Source: Rhizodiscina lignyota (lineage: Eukaryota). From it: a stretch of 64,000 bases of DNA. Numbering within the stretch: position 1 is the stretch's first letter; every line of letters starts with the position of its first letter. The notes below the pieces were generated by a model. The model made no database searches. It worked only from the letters and a program-made list of their open reading frames with translations, and had not been told where the DNA came from. The position numbers were made by a program, and so were the translations under genes. Location: the NCBI GenBank assembly GCA_010015805.1, contig ML978121.1, positions 2,480,001 to 2,544,000 on the forward strand. The letters run 5' to 3'. This document shows positions 12,371 to 24,042 of this stretch, in pieces.

Positions 12371-14518
12371 CTAAGATCCGATACCGATTTCGTAACCCAG
12401 GAGCACCTCCGTAGATGCTCCGTCCCAACCCCGATTGCCTGCCGCCGAAATGAGAAATCTGCACATAGGGTCTATGTACAACTGCGAAATCACTCCTGTG
12501 CGATGTCCGGGGACGATGAGGAATGGCACCACCGAGTGCTTCGAAGATTCCTGCGCCTTCACGTCGTAGAGACGCAGAATGTCATAGCTCGCACTACACT
12601 ATGTTAGCAGAAGAACAATTGTTAATGATAGGAATATGGCATACCAGATGAGATGCCTTCCGTTCGGCATTGCCCTGACCGCACTCACCGGTCCACTACC
12701 ACCTGGGAATTTGAAGGTTCGGCTTGGTTCCCTCAAGCCTTTGTGTAAGTTGTACTCGTCGACTGTGCCATTCCTTCTGCCCGCGAAGATGTAGTTGCCG
12801 TCGGGGGACCAGCACGCGTTCATGCACCAAGGCGAGGTCGCGATAATACGTGCAATGGGATTCGGCTGCCTCTTGTCCCACACACGAATCGTGCCATCAA
12901 TCGCGGCGTCGAGGAAGGTAGTGTCGGAGGCTGGCGGAGAAGTGTCCTGTGTATCGTTTGCTCCATCTGTCACAACGGGTTCTTCTGAATGCGGAAGGCC
13001 ATTTTGAACATCATCAGAGTCTGCCACACCATTCGTGAGATGTCCATCGGGCTTATCGGTTTGATTAGCTCCATCTGTTGCTGAAACAGACTGATCAGGC
13101 GGCTGGACAGGACCACCAGACTGTGTCGCGTTCATCTCCGCCTCAGCACGTTGCGCTTCTTCCGCTTCTGCCTGTTCTTGCTGAATGCCGCTTGCAATAG
13201 CTCTTGAAAACTCATCGTCATCGTCATCCATACCTGGAACTGCAGCACCATCGTCAGCCAAGCCTAAAGAAGGTGCACCAGCTCCAGCATCTTCATCATC
13301 TCCAAACAGCGAGTTCATATCGTCTGGAGAACCGGGTGCATCTTCATTTTCGGCTTGTGCATCGTCCTCTGCCTTGGGTCTCACTCCACTTCCTGCAGCA
13401 GTTCCATTTGCAAGCTCACCATTAGCTCTTGGCCGTGAGGCATTATTTGAACTGAAAGTCCCGTTCGTCTGTAGCTTGACGCCGAGTGCGGGTGGAACTG
13501 GCAAAGTCGAGAGCGGCCGGGGCTCGAGGGCAGAAATCTGACCCGCACTGCCCTTGAATGCTCGCTTAATCTTTCCAGTGTTAAGATCCCAATCAAGAAT
13601 CGTCTTGTCCCAGCTGCCAGAGAGCACTGATTGCTCATCCTCAGAAAGCTGAAGAACAGATACTGCTGAAGTATGCTGTCGTAGCGTCGTGATCCTTGTG
13701 CCCTCGCTATGTCGCACAGATTGAAGATTGATACCGCCGCTCTCCCCTCCTGAGAGTAGCCAGAGAGCGTGGTGAGGTACTGCGAGTGAATAGACGGGTG
13801 TTGTAGGGGTGGAATCCTCGACGCCGTGGGGTGGAGGTGTCCGTACAGTCGAATCTTCATTCTCCCAGTAGCTCATAAGCACACCAGCCTTGGTCACGCT
13901 GTCTACAAATGGATGTCGTTGTGCCACCGTCAACATCAATTTCCCATTCGCAGTATCCGGCCAGTTGAACTTTCGAATGTAACCATCTGAGCCTCCGCTG
14001 AACACCCATCGCATGTCTGGCGTCGCCGTGACCGTATTGATCGAAGTGCCTTGAGGCGCCGCAATGGTAGGCACGATGTCGTAAACCGGTGCTGTGAGAG
14101 CTTCTGGCCGCACTTGAGGTCGCCATGATGCTACTATTGGCCCACTTGCAGCTGTGCCTGAAGCTTCTCCATTTGAGAGTGTACCGTTGGGAAGAGAGGA
14201 TGAAGGTGGGGGTCTGCTGGTCCGTCTCGAGCGTGAAGGAGAGTGTGGTTGCGATTCGCCGTCCTCCTGGTCGTCATCCTCATCATTGTCGTTCTCGCCC
14301 TCATCATCATCATTATCTCCATCGTCTCCGTCTGCATCCATGTCCGCATCTCCATCTCCGTCGCCGTCGCCGTCGCCGTCGTCAACGTCTTCCATGGTCT
14401 CATCGACGTCATTGTCGGAGCCGGACTCTGAGATTATGTTAGAAAGCTATGCTGCCTTGGAAGGCGAGGGTTGCTACATACCAGCACCATTCTCGTCGTC
14501 ATCGTCAAAGCCCACCAT
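12371..14518 (-). CDS. SPT8: SAGA complex WD40 subunit SPT8
   Basis: Acidic N-terminus. YDIVPTIAAP, SGGSDGYIRKF, LTVAQRHPFVDSVTKAG, ICASYDILRLYD, VPFLIVPGHRTGVISQLYID...GNRGW. Introns 14481-14428 and 12644-12594. Confidence 0.95.
14358..14382 (-). repeat. (GACGGC)n hexanucleotide repeat encoding DGDGDG in the SPT8 acidic tail
   Basis: Plus strand reads ccgtcgccgtcgccgtcgccgtcgt. Confidence 0.7.
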
Positions 14519-16259
14519 GGTTGTTACCGCGCGGGATTTGACCACTTAGGCGCGTCTGAAGGAGCGATTGCTGAGCAGATAACTTGCGATGATTTGCGAA
14601 TTTGCAGGCGCAGCTTTGTGTAGATCAGATTTCTGTTTCCCAAGCTGATTTCCTGCGCAAACATGCAAGATGTAAAAGCGATGCTGAGAGGTAAATTACT
14701 GTTAGTAGGACAATAGGATTGCAGTTGCTGGCGCATTGGCGCTCTCGGATGCTCCTCATGCGGCTGGCTGGTGGCTGGCTTGCCGACCCACCTGCATGGG
14801 AACGGCCCTGGAGGCAGGCCCATGCCATGCCAACAGGGGGCTTCATCGACGCTATCCCGCATTGGGCCGAGATACTTGGCGGCGTTTGCACTTCACCAGA
14901 GACATCAGGGACACCAGAAGATCCTTTCATCCACGGAATCGTTCACTTATACACCAACAGAACCTCTAGCCATCACACGTGCAAGCACAATCAATTCTGT
15001 AAGATAAAGAGTCCCTCGAATCTGGAATGGCAATACTTTTATGCGTAATTCAAGGACAAGCGGTGTTCACCTCAAGAAAGACCTGGAGTAACGGATGGGG
15101 ACGATACTCCTTTAACTGCCCCTCCAAGTTGGATCCTGCACCCATTAGACATAAGCCATATAAGAACGGTTGATAAAGTCTCGCTTTATCGGTGAGGCGG
15201 TGTGCTGCCGTGAACTATCAGGTGAGGGAGTGAGCTTCAACCGGCTGGATTGGAACAGTTTGAGCTCACGTGCGTCCCTGAATCATAGCAAGCAGAACGT
15301 GTGGATGCCAGGCCTTCTTGCCTTTGATTGATTTTGATCTTAAATTTAGCAGTAAACGTTTTCCGAGGCATTCAGCAAACAAGGCGTAGAACTGCTTGCT
15401 CGTCTGTGTTGCTCGCGGCTTCCTCGTCAACAACTGGCCGGGCGTACAAATACTCCGCGGGCGGCAAGTGTTGCGTGTCAAAGCCCCGCGCACTGTGAAA
15501 ATTGGAATTTAGGTGCGTCGTGTGGATTCTTCTCCTCTACCGTGTTCATTCCTCCTTCAGTCATCCACCAGCTTCATCTTCAAATAGCGTACATCACCAC
15601 GCCATTATCAAGGTGAACTTCATCAAAAGTTCATGATCAAGAACCGGTGAGCTTTTCCACGCTGCATTTGAAAGCGAAGGCACGTTTCCCCATCCGCGGC
15701 CGGCAGATTGCCGGCTTCTCGCAGCTATATCATCTCCTCCTGCTTCCCCAATCTTCCTGCACCTTCAACACCCAACGCTCATTCCCCTTCTGCCTCAGCA
15801 TCAACCGTTCTGCTTGCTGCGGCTTGTGGCAATTCACAATTGGCTTTGTGCTGTCCATTGGTAAGCTACGCAGCGGACCAAGCATTTCCAATCCCTTCCG
15901 TTTGCATGTTTCTGCTTTCGCACGCGACGAGTTACTTGACAGATCTTACTTGATTTCGAGCAGTTGCTGTGCACTCCATGTGCACAGGCGTCCACTTGGG
16001 TCCTGTAAAATTCGGCAGTTCGATGGCGGGTTGGTGTTGCGCCCCTCTTCACTCCAACCTGCTCCCTCCTCAGGCGCGAGTCTTGGCATGGCGTGCTTGA
16101 CCACGCGCTTTGTTTACACGACAATCTTTAACCGCCCGACCTTCTTCCTTTTTCCACTTCACAACAACACAACATTTCATTTGCCTCCACAAAACTAACG
16201 TTCTTTTCTACCACCAGATCGTTCTGTCGTACATCGAATAAGACACTTCTACCGCGAAC

Positions 16260-19200
16260 ATGGATTCGTCGGTAGAAGATTCTCCTTACATTCGCTACTT
16301 TGATCCGTTACCTTCGGCTGGGGCTCCGACCAGCCAAACAAAAGACGAGCCAACTGCAGCAACCTCTGCCGGATCCAGTGACCTCGATCTCGGCCCTGAA
16401 TTCTCTGTCTATGCCAAAGACACAGAGACAAAACCAAGTAAGAATGTTCGCCTCGTCGAAGCATGGGTGAAGGATCTGGGTGCCACTGCACCTACAGAGC
16501 CTACGGGATGGGAAGAGGGCTCAAAAGCCACGGCGAAGGGCAAATCGAAGGCCAGAAGAGGTATGCTTTCCTCTTCATTAACTCAACCTCAGCTGACGGC
16601 GATTGTGTTACAGCAGAGAAACGCGAGAACTTTCGATCTCGCAAGGAACCTGGCGCTGGACCAAGCGCCCGTCACTTCGATCATCCCAAACAGGAACTCC
16701 ATGTCGCCGGTGAAGAGGAAGAAGAAGAACTCAATGCGACAATCAATGAGCGCATTCCAGCTGGCCGCGTTTTCGACCATCGCGACGTCATGACGACACA
16801 CGCCAATCCAGCCTTCCACCAACCACGCCGCGCTCCTAAAGACGCCATTTCAAGCTACTTCGCTCTGTCAAAGTTGGAGGACGACCCGGACAAGTGGTCT
16901 GGCCTTCCAGAAGTCCCGTCATCGGCAGAGGTGACGGGTGAGAAACCGGATAATGGCGTGCCGCGTAATATAATCGAAGAACCTTGGGAGAGCAAGGAGG
17001 CATACCTGAGCTCTCACTACGATCTCATTCGCGAAGATACCGTCTTTCCCTTGCGTGTGGCCGTACATCAACTGCGAGATGCTCCGACTTCGAAGGAAGA
17101 TTATTTCAGCGGATCAGTTGGTGTTTACGACCGTGTTCGAATCATCGGACTGACATGCAACTTTCATGGTGGCATCGCCGTGAGGGTGGCCTTCTCACTT
17201 GCCCGCGCTGGCAAGCGTGTCCACTGGGAACAATCGAAGAGACTGATTCCTGGCTCCATGGTGGCTCTAACACCAGTGAACGATATGTTTCAGACCAAGT
17301 GCGTCATCGCGACGATCGCTGCCCGTCCTCTTGATGGTCTCAAGCAGAACCCTCCGGAAGTTGATCTTTACTTTGCACGCTCGGAGGAGCTCGAGATCGA
17401 CCCAGCGGAAGAATGGGTAATGGTGGAAGAACGATCCTCATACTTTGAGGCTTCGCGACACGTTATGACTGCTCTGCAGAAGCTTTCTCGCGAAGGATTC
17501 CCATTGCAAGAGCATCTTGTGGACATTGAGACAGAGATCCAGCCCCCAGAATACCTCAAGAACAATCCCTTTGTCAACCTGTCCAAGGCCATAGATCCAA
17601 CAGAAGAAAAGTCATACGAGAACGTCGACATCCTCAATGATTGGCCGGTCCGTGCAAAAACGGCTCTTGATAAATCCCAAGTGATTGCTCTTCGTGCAAT
17701 CCTTTCTAAGCGCCTGGCAATCATCCAAGGCCCACCTGGCACAGGCAAAACCCACGTCTCAGTCGTCGCTCTACGGGTCATGCTCGACAACTGGCGACCT
17801 GGCGACCCTCCAATCATCGTGTCGTGTCAGACGAACCACGCGTTGGATCAGCTACTGCGGCATGTAGCAGCGTTTGAGGAAAACTTCGTCCGCCTCGGCG
17901 GTCGCTCGAAAGACGAAGACGTTGTGAAGAGGCGTACCTTATACCAATTGCGCCAGTCAGGCAGTGTTCGCCCCCCAAAGAGCGGCCTCTTCAATACGTC
18001 GCGAGCAAGGATGGCCGTTCTCTCAAAAGAGATAGAGGAGCTTCTCTTCCCCCTTGCGCTGGGCTCACAGGCTCTCATTGACGCAGATGCCCTGCTCAAG
18101 CTGAAAGTCTTAACTGCTGAACAGCATCAGTCACTGGTCATGGGCGATCAAGACTGGGTCGACACCAATCGACCGCAACAAGACACAGCATACGTAGCAG
18201 CTTGGCTGGGTCCTCAACTCCAAATAGTCCCAAAGAATCTACAGGCCGACGAGATGTACGCCTTCGAAGAAGCCGATCTGGAGTTTGAGCAGCTCCAAGA
18301 GATAGAAGCTGAAGCCACCGCTCAGGATGACGAGGACAACGAAGCACTAAAAGGCCAATACATTGCCATCGCTGATAACTTCACCGGAAAGAGACTTTCG
18401 CGCATCTCAAATGCTCAGATCGAAACTTTGCTGCAGACCTCGGATCTTTACTCCATTCCCGCAAAGCATCGCGGATCGGTCTACTGGTACATGCAGCGCC
18501 AGGTCAAGCAAACCATCCTTCGAAGCCTGCGTGATCAAGCCAAAAAGTTCGGGGCACACTCAGTTCAAAGGCGAATTGGCAGATTCGAATGTGATCTTCC
18601 CATATTGAGAGATCAGAAGCTTATTGGCCTGACAACAACTGGACTGAGCAAGTACCGTCCACTCATTTCTGCACTAAATCCCAAGATCGTCCTCATTGAG
18701 GAAGCCGCAGAAGCAATCGAGGCACCTGTCGCAGTAGCATGCGTCCCCTCGCTCCAGCACCTTATCTTGGTTGGCGACCACCAACAACTCCGACCAAATT
18801 GCTCTGTCACAGCCCTCGAAGGACAGCCTTTCAACCTCAACGTTTCGTTGTTTGAGCGCATGGTTTTGAATAACGTTGGTTTCAGTATGCTCAAGAGGCA
18901 GCGCCGCATGATTCCAGAGATCCGACGCTTATTGCGACCTATCTACGGCGAGTCCATTGTCGATCATCCTTTGGTCAAAAACTCTGTACATCGTCCACCG
19001 GTGCCGGGAATGGGTGGGGTTAACTCCTATTTCTTCACGCACGAGTGGCCGGAAAGTCGCGATGAGAACATGTCCTCCTGCAATCACATGGAAGCCGAGA
19101 TGATTGTGTCATTCTATGACTACCTCATTCTTAACGGCATGAAAGGAAATCAAATCACGATCATCACATTCTACAACGGCCAGCGCAAGGCTCTACTCCG

Positions 19201-20311
19201 TCGCCTTCACCGTCATCCAAACCTTCAAGGACGTGTGTTCAAGGTGGTTACTGTGGACTCATACCAAGGAGAGGAGAATGAAATCATCTTGCTTTCGCTA
19301 GTTCGTAGCAACGACAATTACAGCATCGGCTTCCTCAACGTCGACAACCGCATTTGCGTTGCTCTTTCTCGCGCTCGACGTGGCTTCTATCTCTTTGGCA
19401 ACGCTGAACTGCTATGCAGTGCGCATAGCACGTGGAAAGAAGTTATCAGGATCATGCGAGGCAAGAAGGGCGAGCGAGCTCCAGATCCGATCAAGCGCCT
19501 CGATTTTCACCTTCCCCTGACTTGTGATAACCACAACCGGAAAACGTACATCGAAGAGCCTGAGGATTTCCTCAAGATCAATGGTGGTTGTGACGTCGAT
19601 TGTGAAGGAGAGTTGCCCTGTGGTCATCCATGCGAACTTAAGTGCCATCCCTTCGAGCATTCGCAAGTGACTTGCACTAAGCCTTGCATGCGCCCTATGC
19701 ACTGCGGACACAAGTGTGTTGCGGAATGCTGCGAGCCCTGCCGCTGTGCAGAATGCGAAGAAGAAAACAGCAATGATGCACTGGAGTCGATGGAGCCTCT
19801 GCTCCAAGCCCTGCCCGCTGGTCGTCCCCCTCACTCTGGATCCACGCCGCTGGGAGGCACAACAGCACTCGGAGGAATGACAGATGTCTCTGGTACAACC
19901 TTTGACGCCTATTCTGGTGTCAACGCTTGGAACAATTATGCTCACAACAAAGTAGTAGAACATGATCGCCAGCTCTACGCAGAGCCACACAAGACTTTCG
20001 ACAAATGGAATGCGCCACACGCCCAGGCTTCTCGTGAGCCATTCGAGGCACTTACGACACTAGAGCGCACGTCTTCTACGAGTTACCCTACGCTTGCATC
20101 TCCGCCTACTACTCTCAAACCCTCGAGCATCTCGGAGACGATGACTCAGGGCGGCAGTGAGGCCCCGCGCAAGCATCATGACATGGATGGAATGTTCCAA
20201 GAGGAGGACGAGAGCGACAACACCGACGATACCATCGTTGAGCGCCTCCGTGACAATCCGACCCCACGCAAGGTGAACACTACTGAAATGAATTTGATTG
20301 ATTTCGACTGA
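16260..20311 (+). CDS. UPF1-like SF1 RNA helicase with NFX1-type zinc fingers (Hrr1/SAD-3/ZNFX1 family)
   Basis: Exon 1 16260-16560, intron 16561-16613 in frame. Walker A QGPPGTGKT, CQTNHALDQ, Walker B variant IEEAAE, VGDHQQLRP, SLFERM, TVDSYQGEE, NRICVALSRAR. Cys-rich LPCGHPCELKCH...MHCGHKC. W.QSKRLIPG motif. Confidence 0.9.
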
Positions 20312-20689
20312 GGCGATTTCCGACTGCACCTTCTTTCATGCGAATAGCGGTGTTCCGACTACCCCCGATTTCTTACCATCCTTTCTCCTTTGCGTTGCTT
20401 TTACCTGGACTTTACGTGGCTTTTACGTGGAATATGGACAGACTGATGGCTCCTCAAGGCTGGGTGGAGCGGATTACTGGCACGATGTTGTTTGCACTAC
20501 TCCAAGCTAGACTGCTGTCTACGGTAGCAAGCATCTGTGCCTTCTTTTTGACCAAAAGTTTACTTTCTATCGGTGGTTACACAGAATCCTGTCTGCCTAG
20601 GGGATAGGGACGGATTTGCTTCATTTTCTCTTCTATTCAGTCACTACCGAAATGTAACTAGAATGGTCCTCCTTTTTGAATGCAATCAC

Positions 20690-22165
20690 TTAAAACGCCG
20701 AATCCAGCCTTAGAAGCAGCTTCTGAATGACTACGTGCTCCCTCAAGGCGGCTCGCATGCTCGTGTGAACGTCTTGATGTCTCACATCGCCATTGCGGAA
20801 GAATTCGGCCAGAAATCTCTGCACCTCCATATTAGATGCCGCGAGGCCCATCAGACTCCTCCGATCGAACTCATGCAGTATTGGAAAGACTGAGGGCGAT
20901 TCTTTTATGACTTCCCAAGCTCTCTCCAGATTGCCAACTCTGCACAGTGCATACGCTACGTTTGCATCGCCTTTTAACTTGATGCTCCCAAGTACTCTTC
21001 TCTGTCTCCCTGGTGCAAAGAAGCCATCCGTGTTTCGTACATGTGAGTCTCGCCAGAGCCTCCATTCTCGCCATATCTCTTCCACCTTCCCCGCTTTAGC
21101 CAGGACCTGCAGCCACGCATGCATCTTCTGCCAGTTGTACAAACCTCTTTCCAGCCAGGACTCTAAATGCGCGTCAACCTCCCACCCACGAAACCCAAAC
21201 AATATCTCATGCAGGTCTTCCATCTCCCATTTGCCATTGCGAATCTCACCGTACCCGTTCTTGCCGATGCTCAACTTTGCAATGACAGACCGAAACAGAT
21301 CCCTTGGAAGCGTAAGCTTCCTTACCCGGAATTCCGTCAGATACCACCGCATGTATTCCAGCCGCCGACTCCGCGCCGCGAACTTCAGCCCGCATGCATA
21401 CAGGTCGTACGGCACGGGCAGTCCCCCGATGTGCAGCCGATTGATGATCATGCGGATCACGCTGCACACCCGACTGTCTGAAGCGCGCACCCGTGAGCGG
21501 AACAGGGCCTGGATGATGCGCAGGTTCATGCTGGGGAGCTGGGCCGCGACTCGTGGGCGTTGCATGGCGGCTGCGACGACGCGCAGGACGTCGGTGGCGG
21601 TTTGGCAGGCGCCGAAGTGGATGCGCAGGACTGCGTTGGCAGCTTTGGGGTATTGAGCGGCGGCAAAGGCGGCGCGGTCGGGTATGAGGGTTGGCGTATC
21701 CAGACCGGGAGGGGGGATGCGGAAGGGAGAGAGGCCGCGCATTGGCGGGGTGGATATTATGCGGATCTCTTTCAGCTCTGGTGGTTTGGGGGATCCGAAT
21801 TTGAATTGGACGGAGAGATACTGTGTTGGAGAGGAGAGCCACGGAGGATTGGGTATCTGATCCAGAGTGAGGGATGCTGCTTCGTGGACGGCTTCATGGA
21901 TCGCGTCGTCTGAGCCATCGGAATAATTAGTGGTCTGAAGGCTGAATGAATTGGTGCCTAGGACAACCGCAAGCTCTGGCCGCGATGCTGGGATAGTCTC
22001 TACGCCTTTGTCTTCTCTTGAAAGCGTGAAACTCCTCTTGCGAGGATCAAAGCCGCCTCTTGATTTACTACACACGGGACATGTCCAAGGTCTGGTAATC
22101 GCCCTTGCTCTTGAAGTCGGAACAGCCACATCCCAAAGCCACAGGCCGTTAATGGCTCTGCTCAT
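20690..22165 (-). CDS. Fungal hypothetical protein, probable mitochondrial presequence, helical C-terminal region
   Basis: Long intronless ORF with first ATG at 22165. Arg/Ser-rich N-terminus with a WTCPVC motif. Helical segments LYACGLKFAARSR and VEEIWREW. Confidence 0.65.
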   Translation of the reverse strand: MSRAINGLWLWDVAVPTSRARAITRPWTCPVCSKSRGGFDPRKRSFTLSREDKGVETIPASRPELAVVLGTNSFSLQTTNYSDGSDDAIHEAVHEAASLTLDQIPNPPWLSSPTQYLSVQFKFGSPKPPELKEIRIISTPPMRGLSPFRIPPPGLDTPTLIPDRAAFAAAQYPKAANAVLRIHFGACQTATDVLRVVAAAMQRPRVAAQLPSMNLRIIQALFRSRVRASDSRVCSVIRMIINRLHIGGLPVPYDLYACGLKFAARSRRLEYMRWYLTEFRVRKLTLPRDLFRSVIAKLSIGKNGYGEIRNGKWEMEDLHEILFGFRGWEVDAHLESWLERGLYNWQKMHAWLQVLAKAGKVEEIWREWRLWRDSHVRNTDGFFAPGRQRRVLGSIKLKGDANVAYALCRVGNLERAWEVIKESPSVFPILHEFDRRSLMGLAASNMEVQRFLAEFFRNGDVRHQDVHTSMRAALREHVVIQKLLLRLDSAF

Positions 22166-22688
22166 AATGTCACCGTGCCTGAGAACGAGTGGAGATGACT
22201 GAGCTATCAATGCCGCAAAGAGAATGTGCCATAACGTGGTCCGCCACTTTCAAGTTCCGGTTTGCGGTGGTTTGCAGATATCAAAGTGTTTGGCTATTGG
22301 GCAATGGCTTTCATTTCCCGTAGCAATTCGTCATGCGCTCATATTTATCAATATAATGATTGTCATCCTCCAATATGTGACATCGCTTCACAGGTGTGGA
22401 CGTCTTCAAAGTGGAGGGGCAGATTCCATCCAATCACTTTGAAGCTGGGCGCACGTGAGTGGCTGGCGCCAAGCCCCGCGCTGGACTTCAACGCTTCACT
22501 TGATGACGATGAATTTCAATTAGTGACACACGAGCACCAGAAAGTCATCGTCTTTCCACTCTTCCTGCTCGCGCTCGCATTCCCACATCTACCCTCCGCT
22601 GGAAAATACCAACCATCCGGAACACAAGACCTTCCATCTACAAAACAAGCCCGATCGCCGACAGAAAAATCACCCTTCACAAAGCGCA

Positions 22689-23468
22689 ATGTCCACTGAA
22701 AGCGAAGGCCAAACGCCGCCGGTGTCTGAGTCTGAGTCTCGCGCAGACCTTTTCAAAAAACTCAAAGCTCGGCAAGCCGATGCCAGAAAGGCCAATCTCA
22801 AAGCCACCGCAATCGAGAAAGAGCGCAAGGAGACCGATCCAAGCCTCCTCTCAGCAGTGTCGCGGAAGAGAGCAATCGCATCGCACAAGCTCCTCAAGGC
22901 AGAAACTGAAGAAGGTGGCGAAGACTTCGAGCGGAAACGCGCGTGGGATTGGACAGTGGAGGACAGCGAGAAGTGGGATCGCAGGTTAGAGAAGAAGGCG
23001 AAGCACAAGGAAGACACGCTGTTCCAAGACTATCGGCAAAATGCGCGTAAAGTCTACAAGAGACAGATGCGCAACATACAGCCTGATATGGAAGAATACG
23101 AGAAGGAGAAGAACGACCTCATCGAGAAGGCCGCTGCGCAAGGCCGGCTGGATATCGTGGAGACGGACGAAGGAGAGCTAGTCGCCATAGATCGAGATGG
23201 CATATTCTTCAGCACTGCAGATAGTACAGACTTTGTGGAGAACAAGCCATCCAAGGCCAACGTCGATCGGCTGGTGAACGATATCAAGAAGGCGGAGGAG
23301 GTTCGCCTGAAAAATAGGAGAGATAGACTCAAGGAGCAGGGCGATGACGGAGGTGATGTGACGTACATCAATGCGAAGAACAAGCAGTTCAACGACAAGT
23401 TGAAACGGTTTTACGACAAATACACGAGCGATATCAGGGAGAACTTTGAGCGCGGGACGGCGATGTGA
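22689..23468 (+). CDS. SYF2: Pre-mRNA splicing factor SYF2 (NTC)
   Basis: DFERKRAWDWTVEDSEKWD; DVTYINAKNKQFNDKLKRFYDKYTSDIRENFERGTA. Confidence 0.95.
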   Translation: MSTESEGQTPPVSESESRADLFKKLKARQADARKANLKATAIEKERKETDPSLLSAVSRKRAIASHKLLKAETEEGGEDFERKRAWDWTVEDSEKWDRRLEKKAKHKEDTLFQDYRQNARKVYKRQMRNIQPDMEEYEKEKNDLIEKAAAQGRLDIVETDEGELVAIDRDGIFFSTADSTDFVENKPSKANVDRLVNDIKKAEEVRLKNRRDRLKEQGDDGGDVTYINAKNKQFNDKLKRFYDKYTSDIRENFERGTAM

Positions 23469-24042
23469 ATGCTGTGCTTAGATGGGCTGGTTTACGATGC
23501 AGATTGTTCACGTCACATTGGTTTATTGCATTGCGTTGGCGTACAGAAGAGACTTAGCAACTGTATTATGGTCAGTGGGGTTTGTAAGCAGTTCCAAGGT
23601 GGAACATATTTCATTGCCTGGCGTGAGAGATTCGCCTACGGGGTCTCTCAAATCTCATTTCCGCTCTGTGTTTTCCCGTTGATAACCGCGTGACGCCTAG
23701 TCGAAGTTATACTCCACTTCGACCAAGCCGACGCGCTCCAATTCTCCTACATATCAAGCAAGGCCGAGAATTTCAAACTCCAGCAGGAGAGCATCGCTTT
23801 CCATTACGCTCGATGTGTAATTAACATGTGCACCTCCCCGGTTCGCAGTGAGTGAAGCTAACCAGTTGTTTCAGGCTTGCTCGTGTGAATGTTTTTTTTT
23901 CAAACACCACGCTAGCACGCGCTCATTCACCAACCACTCTCCGCGGCTCTTGCCTCTTTCCTTCCTTTCGATTCCATCAACCCCACAAACCTTTTCAAAA
24001 ATTTCAATCCACCAACTGACGAACTCATCACGACTTTCAACG

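Noticed and set aside
15647..16198. 183-aa ORF upstream of the helicase
   Set aside because: Starts at a GTG that is a splice donor and ends at a branch site; better explained as a leader intron.
20793..21656. 287-aa plus-strand ORF
   Set aside because: Antisense shadow of the 20690-22165 gene.
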